A stretch of DNA of 64,000 nucleotides from Candidatus Atabeyarchaeum deiterrae (GCA_037310415.1 CP147780.1:1728001-1792000); one strand, 5' to 3'; shown: positions 29,372-39,297, counted from the first letter of the stretch. Notes: generated by a model not told the origin, from the sequence alone. Numbers and translations: made by a program.

Positions 29372-31807
29372 TTGAGCAACTTGGAAAAAGCGAAATCCGG
29401 TCTCTCACAGGCTGAGGCTAAGAAGAGACTTGAGAAATTCGGCTTAAACCAAGTCGTGAAGCCGTGGAAAGTAAGTTTTCTTGGCATTGCTAAAGAAGAA
29501 ATCGTTGAGCCTATGATTCTCCTCTTGCTAGTTGTCGGTGTGATCTACTCCCTTTCAGGCAGTTTGGATGATGCTCTCACAATCTTCGCGATCATTTTCA
29601 TCTTGGTGTTTGTTGAAGTATGGAATGAATTCCGGGCAAAGAAGACAATTTCCTCGCTCTCGAAAATAGCTTCACCGACCACCAAGGTTATCCGCGCAGG
29701 TAAAGTCGTAGAAGTCGAGACTGAAAATATAGTGCCCGGAGACCTGCTTGTTCTAACGCCTGGCACCCGCATTGCGTCAGACAGCAGGGTTTTGCTGTCT
29801 TTCAGTCTTCAGGTTGACGAGTCCTCCCTAACTGGCGAGTCCTTTTCTCAGGAAAAGAAGATTGGTGACGAGATTTATGCAGGAACACTTGTCGTCAGTG
29901 GGGAGGGAAAAGCTGAGTCCTATGCAACAGGCAGGGACACGAAAATAGGCAAGATATCGACACTTGCACAAGCGGTCAAACCACCGAAGACTCCTTTGCA
30001 ACTGGCCATGAAGTCACTGGCAAAGACTCTTGTCTGGTTTGCGATCATCTTCAGTGTCATACCTCCTCTGGTTGGATATCTGCGCGGTCTAATACTCGAC
30101 CCTCGACAGGCCCTCTTGACCGCGCTTGCTCTCGCCTTTGCCGTGATCCCGGAGGAAATCCCAATAATCATAACGATGATCCTCGGTTTAGGAGCATACA
30201 GACTTTCCCAGAAGAAATTCCTGGTGAAGAAACTTAGGGCAGCTGAAGTCATGGGAGACGTCACAGTTATATTGACCGACAAGACGGGCACAATAACTGA
30301 GAACAAGATGAGGGTTGTCTCTGTCTTCCCAAAGGATCAGGAAAGGAAAATCATCCAATCGGCTCTCGCCTCCCTAACAGAGATATCGATTTCACCCACC
30401 GACAAAGCGATTATTGAGAGAGCCGGAGAACTCAGAATCCGAGCAGCTTCGAGCCAAGTTTTGCGTGAACGCAGTTTTGGTGACAGCAGGAAGACAAAGA
30501 CGATTATTCGCGATATCGAAGGCAACATCGAACTATTCCTAATCGGGGCGCCAGAGGAAACGCTGAGCCTCGCAAAAGGAGACAAAGGTCGAATCGAACA
30601 AGAACTAAGAACTGAGGCAGAGAAAGGAAGAAGAGTCGTGGCAGTCGCCCAGAAAACCATCTCACCAAATGAGAGAAACCTGCCTTTCTCCGACTTGGAG
30701 TACGGGCTGAATCTCACTGGGCTCATATCTCTCGAGGATCCACCACGAAAAGGAGTAAAAGAAACTGTAGACATTGCAAAGCAAGCTGGGATAAGAACAA
30801 TGGTCGTTACTGGCGATCACCCTCTGACAGCAGCATCCATCGCCAAGACAGTCGGAATCCCGTCTGAAAAGGTTCTGACTGGCGATGACCTCAACAAAAT
30901 GTCTGATTCGCAACTTAGGAAAGCTGTCAGAGAAGTCTCGGTTTTTGCAAGAACAACACCTGAACACAAGTACCGACTAGTAAGGGCATTACACAAGAAC
31001 AAGGAAGTCGTAGCCGTCACAGGTGACGGTGTCAACGATGCAATAGCGCTCAAAGGCGCCGATATTGGCATCGCCATGGGAGTCAAGGGAACTGATGCTG
31101 CGAGAGAAGCAGCTGATGCAGTTCTGGCAGACGATAATTTCAACACAATTGGTGAAGGAATCTTCGAGGGGCGGAAGTTCCATGATAATCTAAGAAAGGG
31201 TGTGAAGTACTACCTCTCCGTGAAGGTTGCTTTGATTCTGGTATTCCTATTTCCAGTGATCCTCAACATTGAATTCCCATTTGCCCCCATTCAGATCATT
31301 CTCCTCGAATTGTTCATGGATCTAGCAGCTTCTGCAGGCTTTATATCGGAGCCCGCTGAAAAGACGATTTACAAGCGACCCCCAAGAGATCCAAAAGAGA
31401 AATTCATAGACTCCAAAATGCTAAAAGGGATAGCTGTTTCTGGAGCAAGCCTGTTCATTGCTGTTACGATAGCCTACCTATACGCGCGCTGGCTGGGATT
31501 ATCCCTCATCCAAGCACAAACGTTCGCGTTCTCAGCATGGATCATAGGGCACATAATTCTTGCGATTGTGTCCAGATCAGAAAAGGAACCGCTCTACAAG
31601 CTAGGATTCTTCTCGAACAGAGCAATGGTTGTTTGGGCAGTTGCTGCCCTTAGCTTCCTAATCATCCTAGTTGGAGTACCTGGTGTGGGCGGCTACTTCA
31701 AACTAGAAACACTTACGGTCTACCAGTTTGGATTGATCTTTGCGATATCCTTCTTGATCATTTTCTTACAGGAAATAAAGAAGCTCATTTCATTCAAAGC
31801 GCAGTGA
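29372..31807 (+). CDS. P-type cation-transporting ATPase (type II-like)
   Basis: LTGES, PEEIP, DKTGT, TGDH, GDGVND. Confidence 0.96.
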   Translation: MSNLEKAKSGLSQAEAKKRLEKFGLNQVVKPWKVSFLGIAKEEIVEPMILLLLVVGVIYSLSGSLDDALTIFAIIFILVFVEVWNEFRAKKTISSLSKIASPTTKVIRAGKVVEVETENIVPGDLLVLTPGTRIASDSRVLLSFSLQVDESSLTGESFSQEKKIGDEIYAGTLVVSGEGKAESYATGRDTKIGKISTLAQAVKPPKTPLQLAMKSLAKTLVWFAIIFSVIPPLVGYLRGLILDPRQALLTALALAFAVIPEEIPIIITMILGLGAYRLSQKKFLVKKLRAAEVMGDVTVILTDKTGTITENKMRVVSVFPKDQERKIIQSALASLTEISISPTDKAIIERAGELRIRAASSQVLRERSFGDSRKTKTIIRDIEGNIELFLIGAPEETLSLAKGDKGRIEQELRTEAEKGRRVVAVAQKTISPNERNLPFSDLEYGLNLTGLISLEDPPRKGVKETVDIAKQAGIRTMVVTGDHPLTAASIAKTVGIPSEKVLTGDDLNKMSDSQLRKAVREVSVFARTTPEHKYRLVRALHKNKEVVAVTGDGVNDAIALKGADIGIAMGVKGTDAAREAADAVLADDNFNTIGEGIFEGRKFHDNLRKGVKYYLSVKVALILVFLFPVILNIEFPFAPIQIILLELFMDLAASAGFISEPAEKTIYKRPPRDPKEKFIDSKMLKGIAVSGASLFIAVTIAYLYARWLGLSLIQAQTFAFSAWIIGHIILAIVSRSEKEPLYKLGFFSNRAMVVWAVAALSFLIILVGVPGVGGYFKLETLTVYQFGLIFAISFLIIFLQEIKKLISFKAQ

Positions 31808-31875
31808 TACAATGCTTACCCCCCTTGAGGCGAGGATCGAAGAGCTTTAACCTCAGCCCTTTTCCTACCTTTCCC

Positions 31876-32610
31876 CTAAAAGAGCACAAAGAGCAGGTAC
31901 CACAACACAAATGCAGATAGTAAAGGAATCACTACGTTATCAGTCCATGACAAGCAGAGGACCTCAACGACCGCCACCACCAATGATACTGTTGCGGCGG
32001 CTAGCAGCAAAGATTGCACTGAAGCAGGAATTGGGAACAGAAAGAATGCCACCATTACCGCGACAAACGTCATTGCCATTACCGCCAGCGAGCCTTCAAC
32101 ACTTTTGGTCTTGCCACCCCATACACTGAACCTGTTCCTCCCTAGGGGTCGACCCACAACCTCTCCAGCACCATCTCCCCATGATACCGCCAGAATTGAC
32201 GAAACGAAGATGAATGGAATATCTACGAATATCAGGAAGACGGTGGCGAAAACAACAAGAGAGAAAAATGCTACAAGAAAAGTCCCCAGCTTGCTCTCCC
32301 CTTTTCTGGTGCCTGCTGACAGAACCAGCCCTTTGAGATCGAGACCGAGAAAAGAACATCCAAAAAGAACAACAAGAAACACTCCGAGAGCTATCGCAGG
32401 GGCCGTTAGACTGCTGAAGAAAGGAAGCGACAACGCAATTAGGGAACTCACCGCTATGTGAGTGAATTTTCGCGGAATCCACTTCTTGTAACCGCGTCTC
32501 GCAAGCGTTAAAGAAATCGCTATCGACAAAAAACCAATGGCGTCTATGATGATGATTAGGACTACGTCCAAGGATGTCAACGGTAGGAACCATAGCTGCA
32601 CCATACTCAA
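31876..32610 (-). CDS. Dolichol/phytol kinase-like polyprenol kinase family membrane protein
   Basis: RKFTHI, GDGAGEVVG, KSVEGS, DNVVIP. Confidence 0.88.
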   Translation of the reverse strand: MSMVQLWFLPLTSLDVVLIIIIDAIGFLSIAISLTLARRGYKKWIPRKFTHIAVSSLIALSLPFFSSLTAPAIALGVFLVVLFGCSFLGLDLKGLVLSAGTRKGESKLGTFLVAFFSLVVFATVFLIFVDIPFIFVSSILAVSWGDGAGEVVGRPLGRNRFSVWGGKTKSVEGSLAVMAMTFVAVMVAFFLFPIPASVQSLLLAAATVSLVVAVVEVLCLSWTDNVVIPLLSAFVLWYLLFVLF

Positions 32611-32785
32611 ATTCGCCTCGATTTTATTGTCCCCGGCAGTTGGCTTCTCGAAGAGCGTTCATTCTCCGAAGGATCACTTTCATCTATTATCCCGCAACAG
32701 ATATTTCCGCTTTTCTAATCGTAAATTCAGCATTGAATCCGTTTTGCGAGAATGTTCGGTGGAAATGCGGATTTCGATCCATATA

Positions 32786-33559
32786 TCAGGCAAACCACTG
32801 ATCAATGAATTTCAATATGGCGTCATTAAACTCATCTGGTTTCTCCATCATAGCCATGTGTCCTGCATCGGGAATCGTCACAAGCTTTGACCCTTTGATC
32901 TGTTCGTGGAGATATTTTGCCATGTCTTGAGGGGTCATCCTATCATCGAGTCCAACAATAATCAGTGTCGGAACTGCAATCTGCTTGATTTTCTTGCTAA
33001 GATCTAACTTGCCAATGGCCGAAAAGTCATCGGCTATAACCCTAAAATCGAAATTCGCGCCCTGCAGTGAAACAAGCTCCTGAAGAAGCGCTGGATTGTT
33101 CAAGATCGTCTTCTCTGAAAACGCCATATACAATAAATCCCTCGGATCAAACCCCTCACTAAGGACAAACTTCGGATATTCACTTGGAACACTGAATCTA
33201 GCGCCACTCTCAGCTATGATTATCTTGTCGCATAACTCAGGGTGCTTCAAAGCCAGTTGCTGAACTACAAGGCCTCCCATCGAGTGACCCACTATTACGG
33301 CCTTATCGAGTTTCATTTGTTTCATGAATGCCGCAACGTGGTCGACGTATCCTTCAATTGAAACTTTTTCTTTTAGGCGCTCCGACTTCCCGTGTCCAGG
33401 CAGATCGATCGCTATGACTCTGCGGTTCTTTGACAGTCCAGAGAACTGTCTGACCCAGTAACCTCCGAAGCCTCCGGCCCCGTGTATCAGAATCAAGGCT
33501 TTTCCTTTCCCTTTTTCCTCATAGAATGTCTTCAAACCATTAACAAGAATGAAAGGCAT
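32786..33559 (-). CDS. Alpha/beta hydrolase
   Basis: IHGAGG, DLPGHG, GHSMGG nucleophile elbow, DDRMTP, AGH. Confidence 0.93.
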   Translation of the reverse strand: MPFILVNGLKTFYEEKGKGKALILIHGAGGFGGYWVRQFSGLSKNRRVIAIDLPGHGKSERLKEKVSIEGYVDHVAAFMKQMKLDKAVIVGHSMGGLVVQQLALKHPELCDKIIIAESGARFSVPSEYPKFVLSEGFDPRDLLYMAFSEKTILNNPALLQELVSLQGANFDFRVIADDFSAIGKLDLSKKIKQIAVPTLIIVGLDDRMTPQDMAKYLHEQIKGSKLVTIPDAGHMAMMEKPDEFNDAILKFIDQWFA

Positions 33560-33726
33560 AACGGACACACATCCCACTACTTGGCTTTTAGCACAGTTCA
33601 TCAACTTTTCGTTTATGTTTTATCTCACAATCGCAGTGCCCATAGAATATCGTGATAAGAGTTCTCATCGTAGTAATCATGCTCCTTCTCTGGGTGATTC
33701 GGGTACCATACTTGTACGAAGAACGA

Positions 33727-33869
33727 ACTGCGCCCAGCGACTTCATCGCGGTTCCAAGGCGGCGCAGTGAATGGAGCTTGGGAACACCAGGAAGTTGCCC
33801 CGTAAAGGAGACACGGGGACGCAACGAAATGACAATGAGAACTCATCGCGCTCTTCCTCAGTCTCATTG
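33727..33869. other. Three consecutive GC-rich inverted repeats (possible structured RNA)
   Basis: ACTGCGCC/GGCGCAGT, GTTGC-CCCGT/ACGGGG-GCAAC, CAATGAGA/TCTCATTG. Confidence 0.4.
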
Positions 33870-33893
33870 AGAATTGGGTCTCCTCTAGCTCTT

Positions 33894-35039
33894 TCAAGGG
33901 TTGATTATTGGATACTTTCCGAACTTCTGTCCCTCCCTGAACAACGCCATTATGTTGTCTGGTGGAACGTCGGGTTGGAGGTTATGGGCTGCTGCAAGAA
34001 TGTAACCGCCCCCAGGCGCCAAGTCAACTATCCTCCTTCTTACCTCTTCCTCTACATCCTTTGTCGAACCCTTGGGTAGAACGTATTGAATGTCAACTCC
34101 TCCGTGATAACAGACCCTCTTATCATACTTCTCGACCAGATGACGAGAGTCCATGTCTTTCGCTTTGGGCTGAATAGGGTTAAGAATGTCCACTCCCACT
34201 TCAGCCAAGTCTCCTATTATTGGTTCGACTGAGCCGCAGCTGTGAAGTTGAACCTTGGCGTTCTTTGCCTCCTTCTTTACGAGCGCTATAAGTTCCCGCA
34301 ACTTTGGTTTCACAAACCTTTTCCATAGGGTTGGAGATATGAGCAATCCATTTTGGTAGCCATAATCATCTGCGCAAAGAACCACTGTTGCGTGATCTCC
34401 CACCTCATTTAGATAAGGTTGCCAGAATCGCTTATTGATCTCTAAGGTCTTGTCCAACACCGCTTCAGCTAACTCTGGATTGGCGGCGAGATCGTAGTAG
34501 AACTTCGTGAATCCTCTTAGCCAAACGGCGAATTCCATTATCCCTCCAAGGAAGACGTCTGCAGTCACCGCATAGCCTTTCTCAAGCAAGCTTTTCGCTT
34601 GTTTGCGCAAACCATTAAAGCGTGCCTCATGCGGCTGAGGTCCCTCGTAAGCCTCCACGTCCTTATTGGTCTTAGCTCTGTAGAGTGGCGATTTGTCTTC
34701 TACAAATTCATAGTAGTAACCATGATACTGTTTCTTCAGCATGAGTCCGAACTCATTGACTATCCAGCCTTCTCCGCGTTTCACTTCGTCCTCTCTTGGT
34801 GGGTTGGGTCTTATGTGCCTGAAATCGACCCCCAACTGCTCGAGAACTCGCTCATCTATTCCAACCAATCCCTGCATTACGTCCCAGATCTTCGACTCCA
34901 CTCCGCTGAGCTTCAGGTACTTCAGCAAGTTGTCATAGGCGGTCTTGGTTATTCCGCTTATCGGTCCTCCAAGGTCTATTGGAACCCTGTCAGGCTCCTT
35001 CTTGTTTATCGTTTTCAGCACTCTTTCCAAGTGCTCCAA
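33894..35039 (-). CDS. Uroporphyrinogen decarboxylase/MtaA-fold protein (putative methyltransferase)
   Basis: EPDRVPIDLGG, DDYG, LHSCG, NPIQ, GGYIL..HN. Confidence 0.9.
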   Translation of the reverse strand: MEHLERVLKTINKKEPDRVPIDLGGPISGITKTAYDNLLKYLKLSGVESKIWDVMQGLVGIDERVLEQLGVDFRHIRPNPPREDEVKRGEGWIVNEFGLMLKKQYHGYYYEFVEDKSPLYRAKTNKDVEAYEGPQPHEARFNGLRKQAKSLLEKGYAVTADVFLGGIMEFAVWLRGFTKFYYDLAANPELAEAVLDKTLEINKRFWQPYLNEVGDHATVVLCADDYGYQNGLLISPTLWKRFVKPKLRELIALVKKEAKNAKVQLHSCGSVEPIIGDLAEVGVDILNPIQPKAKDMDSRHLVEKYDKRVCYHGGVDIQYVLPKGSTKDVEEEVRRRIVDLAPGGGYILAAAHNLQPDVPPDNIMALFREGQKFGKYPIINP

Positions 35040-35043
35040 GGTC

Positions 35044-35697
35044 TCAACTCTCCAAGAATTTATTGCAGAGCCTTATAGCTTCCATGGGATCTTTCCCATA
35101 GGCGTCGGCTCCGATCTCCTTTGCGAAAGATTCGTTAACAGCCCCGCCACCGATTACTACTTTGACTTTGCTTCTCAATCCATGCTTCTTCAGCTCTTCG
35201 ATGACTACCGTCATTTCACCCCTGGTTGTGGACAGTAGCGCTGACATTCCAAGCACCTTGGCATTTTCCTTGCGAATAGTTTCGACAAATGTCTCAGGTG
35301 GTACATCATTACCTAGGTCAATCACGTTGAAGCCGGCTGGTCGGAGCATTAATGCTAGGATGTTCTTGCCGAGATCGTGTAGATCTCCTCTTACTGTTCC
35401 CAGGACTATCTTACCACCAGTCTTCGACGATGCACGGGGCTTCAGGACAGGACTAAGTAGATCTAGGACCTTCTGAGCCATCGTTCCTGCAAAGACCAAT
35501 TCAGGGAGGTAGTAGAGTCCTTTCTCATATTTCTCTCCGATTACTCTGAAAGATTCTGAAATGCTCTTGACAAGATTTTCGGAATCTACTTTAGCTTTGA
35601 CGCATTTCTTGGCAACATCTAGCGCTTCTGACTCGTTCGCCTTATCGACTCCTCTTATTAGCGCTTCTTTGAGTCTGGTGGCTAGATCGTCACTCAT
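35044..35697 (-). CDS. Corrinoid (B12-binding) protein
   Basis: GDLHDLGKN, SALLSTT, GGG; N-terminal cap domain. Confidence 0.95.
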   Translation of the reverse strand: MSDDLATRLKEALIRGVDKANESEALDVAKKCVKAKVDSENLVKSISESFRVIGEKYEKGLYYLPELVFAGTMAQKVLDLLSPVLKPRASSKTGGKIVLGTVRGDLHDLGKNILALMLRPAGFNVIDLGNDVPPETFVETIRKENAKVLGMSALLSTTRGEMTVVIEELKKHGLRSKVKVVIGGGAVNESFAKEIGADAYGKDPMEAIRLCNKFLES

Positions 35698-35747
35698 CGT
35701 TCTTACACTCCGAGTTGCTTGAGTAAGAAGGGTTAACGCGGCCCCTC

Positions 35748-36395
35748 TTAGGTCACTTGAAACTCCTCGTTCTCTCCGAGCACCAGCACCTTGATTTTCG
35801 ACTTGGACTCGACTGCCTTCTTGAACTCATTGGGGTCTGTTTTCCAACGGTGCATCGGCACCGCAATCTTAGGCTTCAGAGCAAGCGCGGCTTCTGCGGC
35901 TTCCGCGTTGTCCATTGTGTACGTGTCTCCGCTTGGGAGCAGTGCGACATCGACTTTGCCAAGCTGGTTCATCTCAGGAATGAAGTCAGTGTCTCCTGCC
36001 TGGTAGATCACTTTTCCTTCGGCTACAATGAGGTAGCCAACTCCCAACCCCTTTTTGTGGAAAGGATTTCCAGGCGATCTGAATCGCTTATAGTTGTAGG
36101 CCTCAACGGCTTTGATCTTCACGTCCCCGACGATTAACTCCTCGTCTGGCTTCATACTCGTGACTTTTCCTCCGATCTTCAATGCGCAATCGGCAGGAGC
36201 GATCACCACGGTGTCTGCCTTGCGAACTTGTTTGATTTTCGCAGGGTCGCAGTGATCTGTGTGCGAGTGACTTATCAGTATGATGTCCGCTTTCTCAGAC
36301 GGGTTGCCATATTCCTCCAGATCAGTGTAGATTACTTTTCCCGCAGCTTTGATCTGGAAGCTGGCATGAGCCAACCATTTGATTGAGATTGTCAC
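35748..36395 (-). CDS. Metallo-beta-lactamase-fold hydrolase (UPF0173-like)
   Basis: SHSHTDH, AGDTD, PMH. Confidence 0.9.
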   Translation of the reverse strand: MTISIKWLAHASFQIKAAGKVIYTDLEEYGNPSEKADIILISHSHTDHCDPAKIKQVRKADTVVIAPADCALKIGGKVTSMKPDEELIVGDVKIKAVEAYNYKRFRSPGNPFHKKGLGVGYLIVAEGKVIYQAGDTDFIPEMNQLGKVDVALLPSGDTYTMDNAEAAEAALALKPKIAVPMHRWKTDPNEFKKAVESKSKIKVLVLGENEEFQVT

Positions 36396-36542
36396 GATAG
36401 GACTCCTCCTCTCAGCTAATGGAGATCTACACCTCTATCCCTAAAAGGCTGACCATCGCGACTGGTTGAAAATAGGTTTATTAAGTCGGAATGAAAGACA
36501 CTGGTATTCATTCGGGATCAGGTGACTCGAGAGTGTTATGAA

Positions 36543-37352
36543 ATGCCAATTCTGGGTATTGACTATGATAATTGTGTCAACTGTGGCGCTTGTCTATCAA
36601 TTTGTCCAGCGAGGCTTTTCAGCAGGGACGAGAAGAAGGATCGAGTAGTATTCCAAGACCCGCAAAGACGGTGCATCTTGTGCGGTCATTGCATTGCGGG
36701 ATGCGCAGAAAACGCGATACTTCACAAAGGCATAGGTGAATCGTTCACCTTCGACGGAGTTGAGAGACCCGAGACCATACTTTCTTATGACTCCCTCTGC
36801 AACCTATTAGAGGCGCACCGCTCTGTCCGCAAATACAAGAAAGACAAGGTCCCCCCCAATATCCTAGGAAAGGTTTTTCATGCTATGCAATATGCTCCCA
36901 CAGCCATGAATCTCAGATCAGAGAACATCTCAGTTCTTTCAAATGAAGAGAAAATAAGAGCATTGTCAGATGCAGTTCAAAAAGAATTGCTTAGTAATCC
37001 CCAAGTCAAGGCGATCTACGGTGAAGTATTCACACGTCTTGCAAAAGAATTCAGGAGTCCCATCTATTACGATGCTCCTCACGTGATCTTTGTGTCTTCG
37101 AGCATGGGAGTAGCAGGTGAGAGCAACACCATTGGAATCATTATCACTTATGGAAGACTAGCCGCACAGACACTAGGTCTGGGCACATGCTGGAATGGCT
37201 GGACTCAAGCTGCGATTGACCTCAATCCCAAGATTAAGGAGATGGCAGGCGTCCAAGGAAGAAAGATTGGGGTGTTCACTCTGGGCTATCCCGATGTGAC
37301 CTATTATCGCGTTCCCCCTCGTTTGCTCAAGCCAATCAAAGACCTGCAATGA
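36543..37352 (+). CDS. Nitroreductase family protein with N-terminal 2x[4Fe-4S] domain
   Basis: CVNCGACLSICP, CILCGHCIAGC, RSVRKY, APTAMN, LGLGTCW. Confidence 0.93.
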   Translation: MPILGIDYDNCVNCGACLSICPARLFSRDEKKDRVVFQDPQRRCILCGHCIAGCAENAILHKGIGESFTFDGVERPETILSYDSLCNLLEAHRSVRKYKKDKVPPNILGKVFHAMQYAPTAMNLRSENISVLSNEEKIRALSDAVQKELLSNPQVKAIYGEVFTRLAKEFRSPIYYDAPHVIFVSSSMGVAGESNTIGIIITYGRLAAQTLGLGTCWNGWTQAAIDLNPKIKEMAGVQGRKIGVFTLGYPDVTYYRVPPRLLKPIKDLQ

Positions 37353-37395
37353 TAAGGATCAGAGTCCGCGTGCGCTGTAGTTCGCTTGACTGGCG

Positions 37396-38283
37396 TCATT
37401 TAAGGTGGTTTCTCTGTTCTAGAAGCCCTATTCTTTCTGTCGCCCTTTCCGTATACCCTCGGTTGATATCGATGCCTATGAAGTGTCTGCCTGTCTTCAT
37501 GGCCGCCACACATGTGGCCCCTACACCGCAGAACGGATCCAACACTATTTCTCCCTCAAATGTGTAAAGCTGTATGCACCTGTAGGGCAGTTCTACTGGG
37601 AATGGGGCAGGATGGCCTACCTTTTCAGCTGATTCAGGTTGGAAGACCCATACACTTTTCGTGAATTCAAGGAATTCGTCCTTCGATATTGTTGCTTTCT
37701 TTTCTTTGCGGTCTCTCGAGAATCTCCCCTTCGAAAAAACCAGAATATACTCGTGTGTGTCTCTGAGAGTTGGGTTGGTGGCCGAAAGCCAGCTTCCCCA
37801 TGCAGTGGAGGCGCCAGCGCTTGCGCCTTTGTTCCATATTATCTCTCCTCTCATCAAGAAGCCAATGTCGTGCATCACGTCAATGATAAACTTGTGGTGT
37901 GGAATGTAAGGCTTCCTTCCAACGTTGGCGATGTTGACGCAAGTCCTTCCTCCATTAACCAACACTCTGTGCGTCTCGGAGAAAACGTCCTTAAGCAGCG
38001 ATAGGTACTCGGTCAAGTTCAGATCTTTGTCATATTCTTTGCCTACATTATAGGGCGGAGAAGTAACCATTAGATGAACACAGCTGTCGGGGATGCTATT
38101 CATTCTTCTTGAGTCTTGGCATAGAATCTTGTCAAGAACATCAGCTGGAGCGGGATTCTCGACCTCTTCTCCAGTTTCATCAATTTCGAGACCAGCGTAT
38201 AGTTTGCTGCTGTAGAAAGGGGTGGAATCGTGACCTTCGCGTTTTGACACACCAAACTTGCTTGTCCTAGTTCTCCCGCCCAT
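37396..38283 (-). CDS. Site-specific DNA methyltransferase, beta class (N4-C/N6-A)
   Basis: TSPPY precedes DPFCGVG; HPAPFP. Confidence 0.93.
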   Translation of the reverse strand: MGGRTRTSKFGVSKREGHDSTPFYSSKLYAGLEIDETGEEVENPAPADVLDKILCQDSRRMNSIPDSCVHLMVTSPPYNVGKEYDKDLNLTEYLSLLKDVFSETHRVLVNGGRTCVNIANVGRKPYIPHHKFIIDVMHDIGFLMRGEIIWNKGASAGASTAWGSWLSATNPTLRDTHEYILVFSKGRFSRDRKEKKATISKDEFLEFTKSVWVFQPESAEKVGHPAPFPVELPYRCIQLYTFEGEIVLDPFCGVGATCVAAMKTGRHFIGIDINRGYTERATERIGLLEQRNHLK

Positions 38284-38347
38284 TGAGAAATGAGCACTCC
38301 TATTTGTACATGTATTGTTCTCCCTGTGTCGGTATTACGGCTAATGC

Positions 38348-39250
38348 CTATGCTTGCGCTCTGAGCTTCTGTTTTGTGAGTTCATTATCATCTATGCGCT
38401 GGCTGCACACTGGGCAGCGATCCTTCACGTGCAACCATTCAAGCAGGTGAACTTTATGTGCGATATTCCCGCAGTGAGGGCATCTCAGAATCGGATCTCC
38501 CAGTTTGAAATTCAAGTTGCAAACAATGCATTTCCTGTCAGTCACACTTATCTTCTCTTCTTTAGCAGGAACTGCCGCGCGTGCACGCTTCCCTGCCTTT
38601 CTCTCCCTGATTACTATGACGGGTTGTTCAACTCGCGCAGGCTGGCGGCCTGCGGTAGAGCGCTGTGCTCCCTTTGGAAACTGTTCTCTTGGCTGACTTA
38701 ACTCGAGTTGCTCTTCCTGCAAGCTTGCTCCACAATTCATGCAGAAGAGAGCGCCAGGGAATTGCACCTCTGTGCCGCAGTAGGGACAAGCCGCGAGTCT
38801 TTCCGGACGCATACGGGAAGCGATATTTCGAGCTGTATCAGAAGCGGCTCGTGTCTCACTGACAGAGACTTCAGGAATATTCTCGTTCTCTATCATTGAG
38901 GCAAGCTGAGGGTTGAGTCTGACCGCTTCATCATAGCACTTGGCAGCGTCCTCATGCCTGCCAAGCTTGCTCAATGCAATGCCTTTCTGGAACCATGCTT
39001 TCTCATACCTCGGATCTATTCCGAGCGCTTGGTCAAACACTTTCAACGCTGCTTCAAACCTGTTAAGACTGATTAGAGAGACACCTTTGTTGTAGTAGGC
39101 AACGGTGTACTGGGGGTCCTCTTCTATCGCCCTGTTGTAGCTTTCTACTGCTTCATTATAGGCGCCGATGTTGTCAAAGTTGATGCCTTCATAGAACCAC
39201 TTCACAGCATTAGATCTAGGCACCGAGTCGGTCCTCCTCACCAGCATCAT
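38348..39250 (-). CDS. TPR-repeat / Zn-ribbon / RING-variant protein (putative E3 ligase)
   Basis: Three TPRs (AYYNKG, AWFQKG), CPYCG...FCMNCG, C-terminal CIVC-x12-CPHC-x4-HKVH-LLEW..-CPVC. Confidence 0.85.
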   Translation of the reverse strand: MMLVRRTDSVPRSNAVKWFYEGINFDNIGAYNEAVESYNRAIEEDPQYTVAYYNKGVSLISLNRFEAALKVFDQALGIDPRYEKAWFQKGIALSKLGRHEDAAKCYDEAVRLNPQLASMIENENIPEVSVSETRAASDTARNIASRMRPERLAACPYCGTEVQFPGALFCMNCGASLQEEQLELSQPREQFPKGAQRSTAGRQPARVEQPVIVIRERKAGKRARAAVPAKEEKISVTDRKCIVCNLNFKLGDPILRCPHCGNIAHKVHLLEWLHVKDRCPVCSQRIDDNELTKQKLRAQA

Positions 39251-39297
39251 TTCTGAGAAGCTGATTAGCTTGGTCTGCTCTTAATTCCCTCTATCTC

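Noticed and set aside
33781-33870. Hammerhead ribozyme core
   Set aside because: CUGANGA and the stem-GAAA element fall on opposite strands, so no complete core exists
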